64,000 bases of DNA from Callorhinchus milii (Eukaryota). The DNA lies in NCBI RefSeq assembly GCF_018977255.1, contig NW_024704743.1, positions 93,808,001-93,872,000 of the forward strand, in the 5' to 3' direction. Within the stretch, counting starts at the first letter, position 1; every line of letters begins with the position of its first letter. A program made the position numbers and the translations under genes. Of the stretch, positions 25,411 to 37,005 are shown piece by piece. The notes below the pieces were generated by a model. The model made no database searches. It was not told the DNA's origin and saw only the letters and a list, made by a program, of their open reading frames with translations.

Positions 25411-25705
25411 GTATGCTGTTAAGTATGTTTACTGTTAAGACAGGCCTTTCACCTTGGTTGAGTGAGGATGTGATCGCCCTGTAGTCAAACTGCTGGAGAA
25501 GTCCATTAGCTCACTTGTTCACCTACTAAAAGATGTGCATTGGGTTTGTCCTTTGAAGTTGCTCTGTGTCCATTTTAAATTTCAACTTGTAAGAGAAAGC
25601 CACTTACAGAGGCCAATGGCCACCCTACCCTGCTGTCGATTACTTTGGAACAAAACCACAGCCTCTTAATAGGAACATTTTCTTGCTTTCCTACCCACTT
25701 TAGAT

Positions 25706-25911
25706 GTGGATCGCTTTCCGGGGTTAATAATAATACCTTAAAAAAAACAAGAATTTGGTCACTCAATCCACGACTGTTTGTGAGACGCTGTTGTGCGCAA
25801 TTGGCTACCGCGTTTCGCCCACAGGATATAATCAATTCAATTTACAGTTTTTGTGAAGTGCTTTGAGACGTGATAAGGCGCTATATCAAATGCAAGGATT
25901 ATTATTATTAT
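25706..25911 (+). mobile_element. 5'-truncated long-form tRNA-Ala SINE
   Basis: ggatcgctttccggggttaataat followed by the Deu-like body and (TTA)n tail. Confidence 0.85.
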
Positions 25912-26159
25912 CATATCTCTTCTAGAATTTCTGCCTGTGTCTTGGCCAACAATCCTCCCTCCCAACCAACACCCCTAGATCTCTTCCAGCTTCCCACCAG
26001 GGAAGTTCTAACCCATCCGTTGAGTAAATGTGTTTCTTATTCTTACACCCTTTATGCAATCCCTTGCATTGATGTGAATTGAACTTGGTAAGTGATAGTT
26101 TCAATGTTGAAGGATTAAGGTTGTGATGTGCTCATTGCATATTTCTTATGTGACAATTA

Positions 26160-26400
26160 TTGGTTAACAGCATGCTTCGTGTCAGAAGGTTCTAAGGAGC
26201 AATTGAAGACTTGAGGTTCCAGCGAAGTAGTGGAGCATTGCCGAGCATCTCGTACTTCAGATGAGACATTAAACTGAAGCCCGTCTACCATTTCGTCAGG
26301 TGCAAAATTAAAGATCCCATGACATCATTCGAAAATAGAAGGGAATTTCTCACTGTGTTTTGGCCAAACTCTCCTGATCAATCGATCATTTGACTCACGT
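26160..26400 (+). mobile_element. Decayed SacSINE1-like fragment
   Basis: gtcagaaggtt..tcagatgagacattaaactgaagcccgtct..aaagatcccatgacatcattcgaa. Confidence 0.65.
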
Positions 26401-26854
26401 TTCTTTAGAATCACCAGTTTATTCATGATATTACGTCTGTAAATGCTAATGGTTCAGCCCTAGACCCCTGCCTTTGGCCCATGCTATTTATATTTTTCCG
26501 CTTCAAATATTTGCCTAATTACCTTTTAATACCTAATACTGATTCGGCTTCAATTGCCGTTTTTAGTCGGGCCCTATCAATCTATGCAAAATCCTTGTAA
26601 CCATTTTCTTTGTTGTTCTTTGTAATTATCATAAATTGTGTCTTCCAGGTACTTAATGAAACAGGGGAAATAGTTTCTCCCCATTCACCCTTTCACAACC
26701 TCTTATGGAGCCTTCTTATGCATTAAATGACTGCTGCGTTTGGCTGCAAAAAGAGCAATCACTACACTTGATAAGAATTATGGTGAAATGTTTTGACGTG
26801 CTATAAGAATGCAAGTTTTTATTTCTTTAATTGAAGAGGGATCTTAAGAATCTA

Positions 26855-27125
26855 TGCCCTGTTCAGGCAGATATTAAATATCCCAAGGCATCATTTGAAT
26901 AGAGAATGAAGTTTCTCATGGAGTTCTCGCCAACGATCTCCCAGATAAAAAAAAGCGTCAATCATTTTGTGGTTGTGGATGCGACATTGCTGTGCGCAAA
27001 CTGACTGCTGTGTTCACCTATAAATACACAGTCACTACACTTTACAGTGAAATCTTGTGAAGCGCTTTGAGATGTCTCGATGATGTGATACAGTCCTATA
27101 CCAAATGCAGAAATTATTATCATTA
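26855..27125 (+). mobile_element. SacSINE1-like 3' half
   Basis: Deu-like gacattgctgtgcgcaaactgactgc followed by an L2-type tail. Confidence 0.75.
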
Positions 27126-27145
27126 CCATTGTTATTAATAATAAT

Positions 27146-27558
27146 GTGGAGTCCTGTAGCTCAGTGGTTAGAGCACTCGCTCTGCAAGCGAGAGACCTGA
27201 GTTCAATTCCAGGCACAGGGCAAAACCTTGGGCAAGTTTCCTTACTCCACACGCCTCTGTTTACCTAGCAGTTTGTAAGAACCCGATTGTTAGTCGATTG
27301 GCGGATCGCTTTTCCGGTGGTAATAATTCCTTAAAAAAAATGAATTGATCCCTCCAAAAACCAAAAAACAATAATAAAAAAAATTGGTCATTTTCAATCT
27401 ACGATTGTTTGTGGGACATTGCTGTGCGCAATTGGCTGCCGCGTTCGCCCACAAATATACAGTCAATTCACTTTACAGTGTGTTCTGTGAAGCGCTTTGG
27501 GACGTCCTCCCGACGTGAAAAGCGCTATATCAAATGCAAGGATTATTATTATTATTAT
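27146..27558 (+). mobile_element. tRNA-Ala-derived SINE, full length, long form
   Basis: gtggagtcctgtagctcagtggttagagc (A box), gttcaattcc (B box), extra internal segment at about 27257-27345, Deu-like body, tail sharing 24 nt with the L2 tail. Confidence 0.95.
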
Positions 27559-28172
27559 GCCTCCTCCATCTGCTAAAACTTCCATCTCAAAGCTCATAGT
27601 AGGAAAGAATAAGGTGACAAAATGTGATAGCTACTTGTGCCAGAGAGCAGTCATTGGTTTAAGTATAACCTATAGAGGCAACCAGCATGAATGCAGTAAA
27701 CAGTGACTGCGTTGTTTTCCAGTATTTATCCACCAGTAAATTCACTGTGATTACAGCATAACCATTAATCTTTCATTGTAGACTTCATCACTTGTGAGCT
27801 GCCCAGACCTCGCTGGCTCACAAAAGCCAATGTCACCCCACCCACTGGCAAAGAAAACATCAGCCGAAATGGAAATCAAACATCATCCACAGTAAGTATT
27901 ATACAAAAAAATAGCAGATATGTGAGAGTGATTTCAAGGATGTAATCCCACCTTGGGTTCAAATGGCAAATTATTATTGTCCCAAGCTTTGCTCTTGAAG
28001 TTCATTTGAACTCTTCCGTGAAATTCCGACTTTATAATCATTCCCAGATATCAATCATTCTCGGTTTGTGGAAGCATCATTTCCTCCACATTTGCATTTC
28101 TCCCATCTGTGACGTAGAACACAGGGGCATTCCACATACCATTTATTCTCCAGAGCCCCAAAATAAATTCTA

Positions 28173-28371
28173 CATAGTCTTAGCCTTCAAACCAAATTTT
28201 TTTCTTAAAAATTAAGACGGCTCAGAATTGTGGAAAACTTAAAATTCAATCTTAAATCAGAAGACACTTAAAAGAATTGGCTGCCAAAGCAAGACTAAAT
28301 TTAAGAATTTTCCAAAATTCTGCAAGATCTTAAATTTTAGACTAAATGGTTTCATGGACTAAGACTAGATG
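28173..28371. mobile_element. Palindromic MITE-like element
   Basis: Ends tagtcttag / ctaagacta. Inner arms aaaattaagac..cagaattgtggaaaacttaaaattcaatctt versus reverse complement aaaatttaagat..cagaattttggaaaattcttaaatttagtctt. Confidence 0.65.
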
Positions 28372-28584
28372 AATCACAGGCTATTTAACGTGTGCTTTCA
28401 CAATGCATTCCCTGCAATGTTCATTAATATCCAAAATGCAGGATTCACTCTTCACAAATACTGTTGTGACTCTAGTGATTTAGCTTTGGCAGCATCAAAG
28501 TGACATATAACCCTACAGTCTGACAATACTACCTTTTAAATCAGCGGAATCATTAATCAGGGCCCATCAACATATACGTGGACA

Positions 28585-28896
28585 GTGGAGTCCTGTAGCT
28601 CAGTGGTTAGAGCACTCGCCTCACAAGAAAGAGACCTGGATTTGATTCCTGGCAGGGCGAAACCTTGGACAAGTTTCCTTACTCCACACGCCTAATAATA
28701 ATCCCTCAAGAAAAAAACACAATAATAATTTGGTCACTCAATCCACAAGTGTTTGTGGGAAACTGCTGTGCTCAATTGGCTACTGAGTTTCGCCCACAAA
28801 ATATACAGTCCATTTACTTTACTGTATATTCTGTAAAGTGCTTTGAGACGTCTTGAAGACGTGAAAAAGCGCTATATCAAATGCAAGGTTTATTAT
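28585..28896 (+). mobile_element. tRNA-Ala-derived SINE, full length, short form
   Basis: Same head, body and tail as 55159-55482. Confidence 0.93.
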
Positions 28897-29439
28897 GGTC
28901 TTCTCATGTCTTTCAGTCGCTTTTCTAACATCAACACTTAGCAGATCTCCATCCTGGTGACATCGATGTTCAGCACTTGAGGGGTTGAGACATACTTAGC
29001 CAAGTGGTCAGCACCTGGTCAGAACAATTTGACAAGGGCCGTCTCACCCTCTGGGAAGGTTAGTAATCTTCTCAGCAGTTACTTTGGCCAGGCGCTGGGC
29101 CGGCTCCAGTGATCAGCTGCAGACAGTTTTTAGAAGGTTATTCCATGCTGTTAGCCTTTGAACAGACCAGGCTTCACCACAGGTCTTTGTTTATATAATC
29201 CAACAACAGGAAAGCATGAGTCCCTCCCTCCTCAGCATTACACATGGGCAATTTAGAATTGCGAGAAGCACATGGATTTCAATCCAGAATGTTGGTTAAT
29301 GAAAGTGCAACAGGCAGAATAGGTGACTCGTGTTCCTATGTTACCATGAGGTGAAATTCATGACATTTCGCAACAGATTGGTGATGTTTATCACACTGGT
29401 GTGTAACCAGCCAAATGCTCTCCTTCATTAAATGGACAA

Positions 29440-29716
29440 TCTACGTGGCTTGCTGCATGCCCCTTCCCTATTTGAGCCAAGCTTTTAGATTCTATGTACT
29501 TAACTTCTGGATCTCCTCCCATCTGTTCCCTCTCTATTTGTCTTCCAAGGCCCATTTTAAAATCTACCTTGTCAACCGCGCCTATGGTCACCTTTCCCCC
29601 CTTCTCCCCCTCATCCCCATCTTCCCCACCTCCCCTGCTTGATGTCCAACCTTATCACAGTAAAGTGCTCTGAGACTTTCTACATAAAGAGCGATATATA
29701 AATGCAAGTTGTTGTC
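29440..29716 (+). mobile_element. Old L2 3' fragment
   Basis: Encodes KAHFKIYLVNRAYGH; tail gcgatatataaatgcaagttgttg. Confidence 0.7.
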
Positions 29717-30164
29717 GTTCATTCCTTCCCTCTCCTCGTTCAAGGCCTGAATCAGATTTCACCGCTTTCGCATCCCACTTCCCTCGGCTCCTCCCCCCCA
29801 GCGCGGGTGCCCAGCCACCACTGTCAAGCACTTTGAGACTTTCTGCAGTTGTGAAAGGCCTATATAAGTAAATGATATTGGTGAATTTGTTATGAAATGT
29901 CTGAAAGCTACTCACCTTGTTACTATGTTACTCCAATCTGACCAAATCATCTGCAAATGAAGAAAATAATCTTGGAGAGAAATCACACTTGACTCTATAT
30001 TTACTCTTAATTTCCATAGTTCTTAAAAGAACTTCCAGAAAACTAGCTTTAAAATTGAGATTGTATGTATGAATTTGCCAAATTCTGGACCTGTGAAACA
30101 CCACAAAAGTAGAGGAAATTTTGACCCAAGAGCAACTTCTATCCCCTTGTTTCAAATTGTTTGC

Positions 30165-30522
30165 AAATCCCTTTATGCCCTCACCCTTCCCTACCTATCT
30201 GACCTGCTTACCTCCTTCTCCACCACCCACTGCTTCCGCTCGGCTGGGTCCAGCCTCCTGTTTATCCCTCTCGCTTTCCTTTCCACATCGGTGGCCGTGC
30301 CTTCAGCCACTGCACCCCGAAATTCTGGGACTCTCTCCTTCAATCCCTCCACCTTGCCCTCTCCCTTCCCACCTTCAAATCCTACATAAAAACCTTCATT
30401 TTTGATAGTGCTTACAGTCACCTCCCCCCTCCCTCTCCCCCTGATTCGTTGTCAGACTCTGTGAAGTGCTCTGGGTCAGTGCCCCAGGTAAAAGATGCTA
30501 TATAAATACAAGTTGTTGTTAT
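30165..30522 (+). mobile_element. L2 3' fragment
   Basis: Encodes KSLYALTLPYLSDLL..RSAGSSLL; tail gctatataaatacaagttgttgtt. Confidence 0.82.
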
Positions 30523-31170
30523 ATTATCTTGACTAGAGGTCAAGAGGCACAGTTTGGAGGATTTGCGAGGACTGTGGTCCATGAAGCTTGAATAAATGAT
30601 CCTCACACACTCTGTAACTGCTTATTTTATAATTACTGGGGTGGCTTTGCCAGCAGGAAAATATTCAAATCCTGGAATATTTTTCCTGAAAGAATATTTT
30701 GTCTGAAATATCCCAAAATGATGGTAAATTGCTTAATAAATTTAAATTACAAGGTTTAGAAAATTGCCTGAAGCAAAAGTATGAAATGTAGACTGCTAAC
30801 TGAAGAAATGGGTGGGGGGGGGGTGGAGAAGATAATCAGGAACTCCTGATAATCAGGAGTTGAGCTATCTCCAAGGTGATTTGCTTCAAAAATAAAAGTC
30901 AGAATTCAGTCAACGCTCTGTGGGGGTCTCAGTAATCCAGTTCTCCAGAGGTCTTCAGATGGACATTGAAGGAGACAAGGGAAGCAAAATAACTGCAGGA
31001 TAGAGCTCCAGAGAGTGGGGGCAGATAGGCCAAAGGCTCGACCGCCAATGTTGGGGCGGACAGGGTGGTGGCGTGAAGCAGACCCAGGTATTTATTTACT
31101 TACTTAAGTCAAACCTCGCAAATCAGACGGATTCTTGTGCTTGCAAAATGAAAGTGACAATAAATGAAAC

Positions 31171-31479
31171 AAACAGCAAAATACTGCAGATGTTGGATAT
31201 TTTGCCCACAAAATATATAATCAATTCACTTTACGGTATATTCTGTGAAGTGCTTTGAGATGTCTCGAAGACGTAAAAAAGCCCTATATCAAATTATTAT
31301 TATTAGAATCTGAAATAAACACAGAAGTTGCTGGGAACACTCAGCAGGTCAGGCAGCATCTATAGAGAGAGGAACATGAGTTAACTTTTCAGGTCAATGA
31401 CCTGAAAAGTTAACTTGTATTCCTCTCTCCATAGATGCTGCCTGACCTGCTGAGTTTTCCCACAACTTCTGTTTTTATT
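31171..31479. mobile_element. Penelope pseudo-LTR-derived palindrome (31314-31479) with a SINE tail inserted at about 31198-31305
   Basis: Arms match 9229-9345. Perfect 18-bp arms flank a single nt at 31397. Confidence 0.88.
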
Positions 31480-32498
31480 AATGAATGAAATCTTGTTTCT
31501 GAATATTCCAAATTCTGTATATTGATCAGTGAATTCCAATATATCAATCTAAAAAGCAAAATGGGTAAGAACAAAAGATATAAGATCGATGTGGGACATC
31601 TTACCAGTTCCGAAGTAAAATAAAATGTCCTACATGACTATTTCCCCAAACCCTCAATCTATTTCATCACCAAACAACTATTTCACTCCCTCTTTAAACT
31701 GCTGACACAATGTGCCTCCACTGCCTGTTTGGATAATTCATTCCACATATTCACCCCTCTGTGCCTAGAAATTAAATCTAAACTGTCTGTTCATCTTCCC
31801 TCCTCTGAGCTTGAGTCTGCTGATGAGTGAACTATTTGTTGCACCAGATGTCTTTCAGAAAGAAATCGTGTTGCTGTCCATAATCTCTCTATTGATTTGC
31901 TGTTTATGCAATGTGATTTGGAAAAAAGGAGGCGAGTTGGGCCCTCAACAATCTCGGTTTACAGTGGCCCAACTCGCCTCTACAGTGTGGATCATGATGG
32001 TAAGAGTGACCTTTTGCAGTGAGTGCAAATGGATTGCTACGAGGAAATGTTTGATGTTAAACGATTCGAAGGGAGCAGTCCTGACAAGATTTGTTGGCAC
32101 AATGGCTAAGACAGAAATTCTGTCACTCGCAAGACATGAGTATAAACATTACTTCCTACACATTAAATATAACTAAATATATAAGAGTGAATACTGTACT
32201 GCATGTCCTTCATCGCCATGGAACGGAGCCAATGCAGGGACTTGCAGCTGCATATTGTGAAGTCCCCTGCTGTCTGACCCTATTTCCTCTGGGATCTGTG
32301 TCCCACCACTGATACAATAGGCTCACTGATGCATCTGCTCCCGTACCTGACCCTGGGTGAGTGTGGTGGCTGGAGATTTCACACATTTGAGGGCTCACTC
32401 TCCTAATTTTTATTTTATTTTATTTTTAAACTATAGCTTTTAGAACGTAATTTAAAACTCACACCAAGAAGAAACACTTTAAGAACAAGAGGGTGAAG

Positions 32499-32874
32499 GT
32501 GTCAGCCTGATTCAGTTGGTAGCATTGTCGCCTCTGAGTCAGAAGGTTATGGACTCAAAACACAATGTTACGACTTTGAACTCGAAATCCTAGGCTGACA
32601 ATCTGAGGGAGTGCTGCATTTTCAAAGGGGCCGTTCTTCGAAATGGTATTAAATCAAAGTTCCATCAAATCAAATATCCTCTGATACCATTTGAAAACGT
32701 AAGTGTTTCTCCGGGTATCCAAGTCAACAATTTTCCAGATAAAATTAGTCATTCATGGCTGTGCATAAATTGGTTCCTGTAGTATAACTACAAAGTACAC
32801 AGTCACTACATTTTACCGAAACTCTGTGAAGCATTTTGACATTATAAGCACTATATCGCAACGATTATTATTAT
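32499..32874 (+). mobile_element. SacSINE1-like Deu-SINE, near full length
   Basis: gtgtcagcctgattcagttggtagcattgtcgcctctgagtcagaaggtt..taggctgaca..ctgagggagtgctgcatt. Confidence 0.82.
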
Positions 32875-33525
32875 GTAAAATGGCGAAATATATTGACTGC
32901 AATTGGGAGAGTCAATAAGGGGTAACAAGAGTCAAGAGTGAGAAGAATCCCTGCCCTCAGTAAATAGTCTATTACTCCAAGTACTTCCTGACAAGCCAAG
33001 GCTTCCTCGTCTATCATCAAAAGTGCCTAACTATTATAACAACAACTTTATTTATTTATTATTTATATAGCAACCTTTACGCAGAGTAGCATCCCAGAGG
33101 GTTTGACAGTGGTAGGGTCTGACACTGAGCCAGGGGGAGAGGAAGGGGGTGGTGACAGTAAGCACGATCAAAGAGGAAGATCTTTAGGTGGGATTTGAAA
33201 GTGGAGAGGGAGGGGGCAAGACGGAGGAGCTGAGAGAGAGAATTCCAGAGGCTTGCAGCATAGTGGCTGAATGGTGACGCAGAGGGGATGAGGGAAAAAC
33301 AGGAGGCGGAGCCGGCCGAGCAGAGGCACCGAGTGATGGAGTGGGTGGTAAGCAGATCGGATAGGTAGGGAGTTGTGAGGACCTGAAGGGATTTGAAAAT
33401 GAGTGAACACATGTTGAAATCAATCCGTTTGGTATTTGAGAGCCAGTGGAGCACGTCAAGGAGTGGTGTGATGGCGGGTGCAGAGTTTTGTGCAGGTGAG
33501 TATCCAGATGGTGGAGTTTTTAATT

Positions 33526-33849
33526 AATAATAATAATAATAATCCTTGCATTTGATATAGCGCTTTTCACATCGAGAGGACGTCCCAAAGCGCTTCACAG
33601 AACACATTGTAAAGTGAATTGACTGTATATTTGTAGGCGAACGCGGCAGCCAATTGCGCACAGCAATGTCCCACAAACAGTCGTAGATTGAAAATAATGA
33701 ATTTATTATTGTTTTTGGTTTTTGGAGGGATTATTATTAGGCGTGTGGAGTAAGGAAACTTGCCCAAGGTTTCGCCCTCTGCCTGGAATTGAACTCAGGT
33801 CTCTCGCTTGCAAAGCGAGTGCTCTAACCACTGAGCTACAGGACTCCAC
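33526..33849 (-). mobile_element. tRNA-Ala-derived SINE, full length, short form, nested in L2
   Basis: Near-consensus head, body and (TTA)n tail. Confidence 0.95.
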
Positions 33850-34075
33850 GGACTTCAATTAATTGAATTTTGTGTATGTTGGAGCTGGGGAGACCAGTGA
33901 GGAGGATATTGGAATAGTCCAGCTGGGAAGTGATGAAGGTGTGAATGAAGGTTTCGGCTGCATTGGTTGTAAGGTATGGACGAAGTCTGGCAATGTGGCG
34001 GTGGTGGAAAGCGCGATCCTGGTCAGGGAAAGAAAAGGGTTAGAAAGAAAAGCTGGAGATTGAACCTGATGCCTA

Positions 34076-34275
34076 ATAACAATAATAATGATAATCCTTG
34101 CGTTTAATATAGAGCTTTATGACGTCATTGAAACATCTCAAAGCGCTTCACAGAAGATACTGTTAAGTGAATTGACTGTATATTTTGTGGGTGAAACATG
34201 GCAGCCAATTGCTCATAGAAATGTCCCACAATCAGTCATGGATTGAGTGATCAAATTATTATTATTTTTATTATT
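34076..34275 (-). mobile_element. 5'-truncated tRNA-Ala SINE nested in L2
   Basis: Body and tail only. Confidence 0.85.
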
Positions 34276-34808
34276 GCGCATGGTTCGGTGAGTCTGAGGG
34301 AGAGCCCAGGGAGGTTGAGAAGTTCTGACCCACAGGAGAGAAGACATTGACAGAAGCTAATGAGTACAGCTTCCGACTTGCTGACATTCACCTGCAGGAA
34401 ATTTGCATGCATCCAGGCCTTGATGTACGTCAAACAAGCTGCCGGGACATCAGCAGACTGGGAGTCGCAGCTGGAGGAGAAGTAGATTTGGGTGTCATTC
34501 GCATACATGTGGGTTGATCCCATGTCTGCGGATGACATCTCCGAGAGAGAGCATTTAAATAAGGAAAAGAAGGGGGCCAAGGATGGAGCCATGGGGTACC
34601 CTGCAAGAAACAGTGCCGGGGTGGGAGGAAAAATCATTTGCCGAGATATTTTGTTGGCAGTTTGTTAAGTAGAACTCGAACCATGCGAGTGCAGTCCCAT
34701 TAAGGTGAAATCGAGAGGAGAGGCGGTGGAGGAGGATGGTGTGATTGACTGTGTTAAATGTGGCAGAGAGGTCTAGGAGAACGAGGAGGCAGAGGGAGCC
34801 CTGGTCAC

Positions 34809-35052
34809 CATTGGAGGTCACGTAATCAGCCACTACGCCCCAAAACTCTGGAACACTCTCGCTCAATCCCTCCGCCAAGCCCCCACTTTCCCCTTTTTCA
34901 AATCCTGCCTGAATGCTTTCCTTTTCAACTGTGCTTACGGTCACCTCCCCATCCCCCACCCCAGCCTGGAGTCAGGCTCCACCATTGTTAAGTGGTCTGA
35001 GACCCTACCCTGCATGGAGGGCGTTATATAAGTGGACGTTGTTGTTGTTGTC
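34809..35052 (+). mobile_element. L2 3' end inserted antisense into the L2 relic
   Basis: ctctggaacactct motif, (GTT)n tail, flanked by a gtcac direct repeat. Confidence 0.82.
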
Positions 35053-35601
35053 GTCACACAGGAAGAGGACATCATTACTTTGAGTAGCGCTGCCTCTGTG
35101 CTGTGGGCAGAGCGAAAACTGGACTGGAGGTGTTTGAGTAGGGAGTGGAGGAAGTGGAGGAAGAGGTGTGAGCGCAGTTGATTTGCAACAATGCATTTCA
35201 AAACTTTGGCCAGGAAGGGCAGGTTTGAGATAGGTCTGAAGTTTGTGAGGTTGGAAGGATCAAGGGTAGATTTTTTAAGGTAAAGAGTGATGACAGCGGT
35301 TTTGACGGGAAGTAGGACAGAGCCTGAGGAGAGGAACTGGTTGATTGTGTCAGCCAGCTATGGGCAGAGGGCGGGGTGGTAGGCGACATGGGGGAGAGGA
35401 GGAAGAAGCAGCCACGCACGCGGATGTTGTCTATCTTAAAGATAAAGAAGTCCAGGACCTCTTCCCATTTGACATCAGAAGTGAGGAACGAAGGTGTTTG
35501 AGAGCAAGTGTTGAGGTTGTGGTGGGTAGCAGAGAACAGGATTTGGGGTTGTTTTTGGCCTTGAGATTGACCTGTGAGTAAAAAGCGGTGGTAGGTATGA
35601 A

Positions 35602-35748
35602 GATCCTTGCATTTGATATAGCGCCTTATCACGTCTTCAAGACGTCTCAAAGCGCTCCCCAGATATATACTGTAAAGTGAATTGACTGTATATTTTGTGG
35701 GCGAATCACGGCAGCCAATTGCGCACAGCAGTCTCCCACAAACAGTCT
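35602..35748 (-). mobile_element. 5'-truncated tRNA-Ala SINE nested in L2
   Basis: Deu-like body and tail, lacking the (TTA)n run. Confidence 0.88.
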
Positions 35749-36059
35749 TGGTTTGTTTAGGGTGGAGAGGAGGGCAGCGAAGTCAGAGGAGATGGGGCAG
35801 GGGGAATTGAGCTGAAGGTTGAAATCGCCCATTATGAGCAGATGTTTTGTGCAGAGGGATGTGGATGCGAGGATAGAGGAGATATGAGTATAACATGAAT
35901 ATAATAAACATTGGCTGTGTGATAAACACCGGTGATCACACTCCCAGGAAAATTACTGTGAACATAACAGCCAATTCACATTTTCAGCCAGAGTATCTGT
36001 TGTATGTTTACCATTTTCTGTGTATACCCTGAGCCCCAGCTGAACACCAGATTGACACA

Positions 36060-36375
36060 AATAATAATAATAATAATAATCCTCGCATTTGATATAGCGC
36101 TTTTCACGTCTTCTAGACGTCCCAAAGCGCTTCACAGAATATACTGTAAAGCGAATTGACTGTATATTTGTGGGCGAAGGCGGCAGCCAATTACGCACAG
36201 CAGTGTCCCACAAACAGTCGTAGATTGAAAATGACCAATTTATTATTGTTTTTTTTTTGGAGGGATTATTATGTGGAGTAAGAAAACTTGCCCAAGGTTT
36301 CACCCTGCCTGGAATTGAACTCAGGTCTCTCGCTTTGCAAGCGAGTGCTCTAACCACTGAGCTACAGGACTCCAC
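36060..36375 (-). mobile_element. tRNA-Ala-derived SINE, full length, short form
   Basis: Near-consensus match to the other copies. Confidence 0.95.
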
Positions 36376-37005
36376 AGGAGTCCATGCTGTCTTCAGCTGC
36401 ACATGATAATTACACAGGTTTACATTGCTGTTCACTTCATTTTCATCAATGTGAAAAAGCAATGATATCTGATCATCATATATTCGTTCCCTGCTGTCTG
36501 CTGACCTATGGGGCAGATCACGAGCAGACTGTGCTGTCAGATGTGGCACCATCTTACACTGAACCAATACCAGTGTCACACTGGTAGGAACTCACAGCTA
36601 GATAGGTATGTTTTGCATCACTAGGATACTGGAAGGATTGGTTTCCAATTACAAGATCTCTGCAGACCTGCAAACGGTCTGCTCTATATTCACATGGATA
36701 ACATCAGACCTGCAAAAGCGCAACTAGACGTAAAAGGGTCATGTTGCTTACAGCAGTAATATCAGAAGGTGAGATGAGAAACAGTAAAGCAAGTGAAATA
36801 AATGTGGCTCAGGAAATAGTCAGATAACAATAATAATCCTTGCATTTGATATAGCACTTTTCACGTCTTCTAGATGTCTCAATAACAACTAAAGGGACTT
36901 CATCCACATAAAAAATGCTAACAACTCTCTGACTATAATAATAATAACTGATATAGCAACTCATTACTTTATTGAAACAACTTAAAGCTGTAGTGACATT
37001 ATAAC

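Larger units (their letters stand above)
33040..35880 (-). mobile_element. Decayed L2 LINE relic (endonuclease to 3' tail) interrupted by four younger insertions
   Basis: Ordered minus-strand motifs: [10 protein letters not shown] (about 35830), KIDNI, HSTEAALLK, LLDLSATFNTVNH, VPHGSILGPLLF, YANDTQIY, LHWL..RIDF, LWNSL..FKSHLK. Confidence 0.9.

Noticed and set aside
30841..30861. Short perfect palindromes (also 36568-36586)
   Set aside because: Arms of 9-10 bp are too short to interpret and may be chance or micro-duplications.
35953..36579. 208-aa minus-strand ORF
   Set aside because: It reads through a SINE; the CKDYYYY-type ending is the (TTA)n tail seen in many ORFs here.
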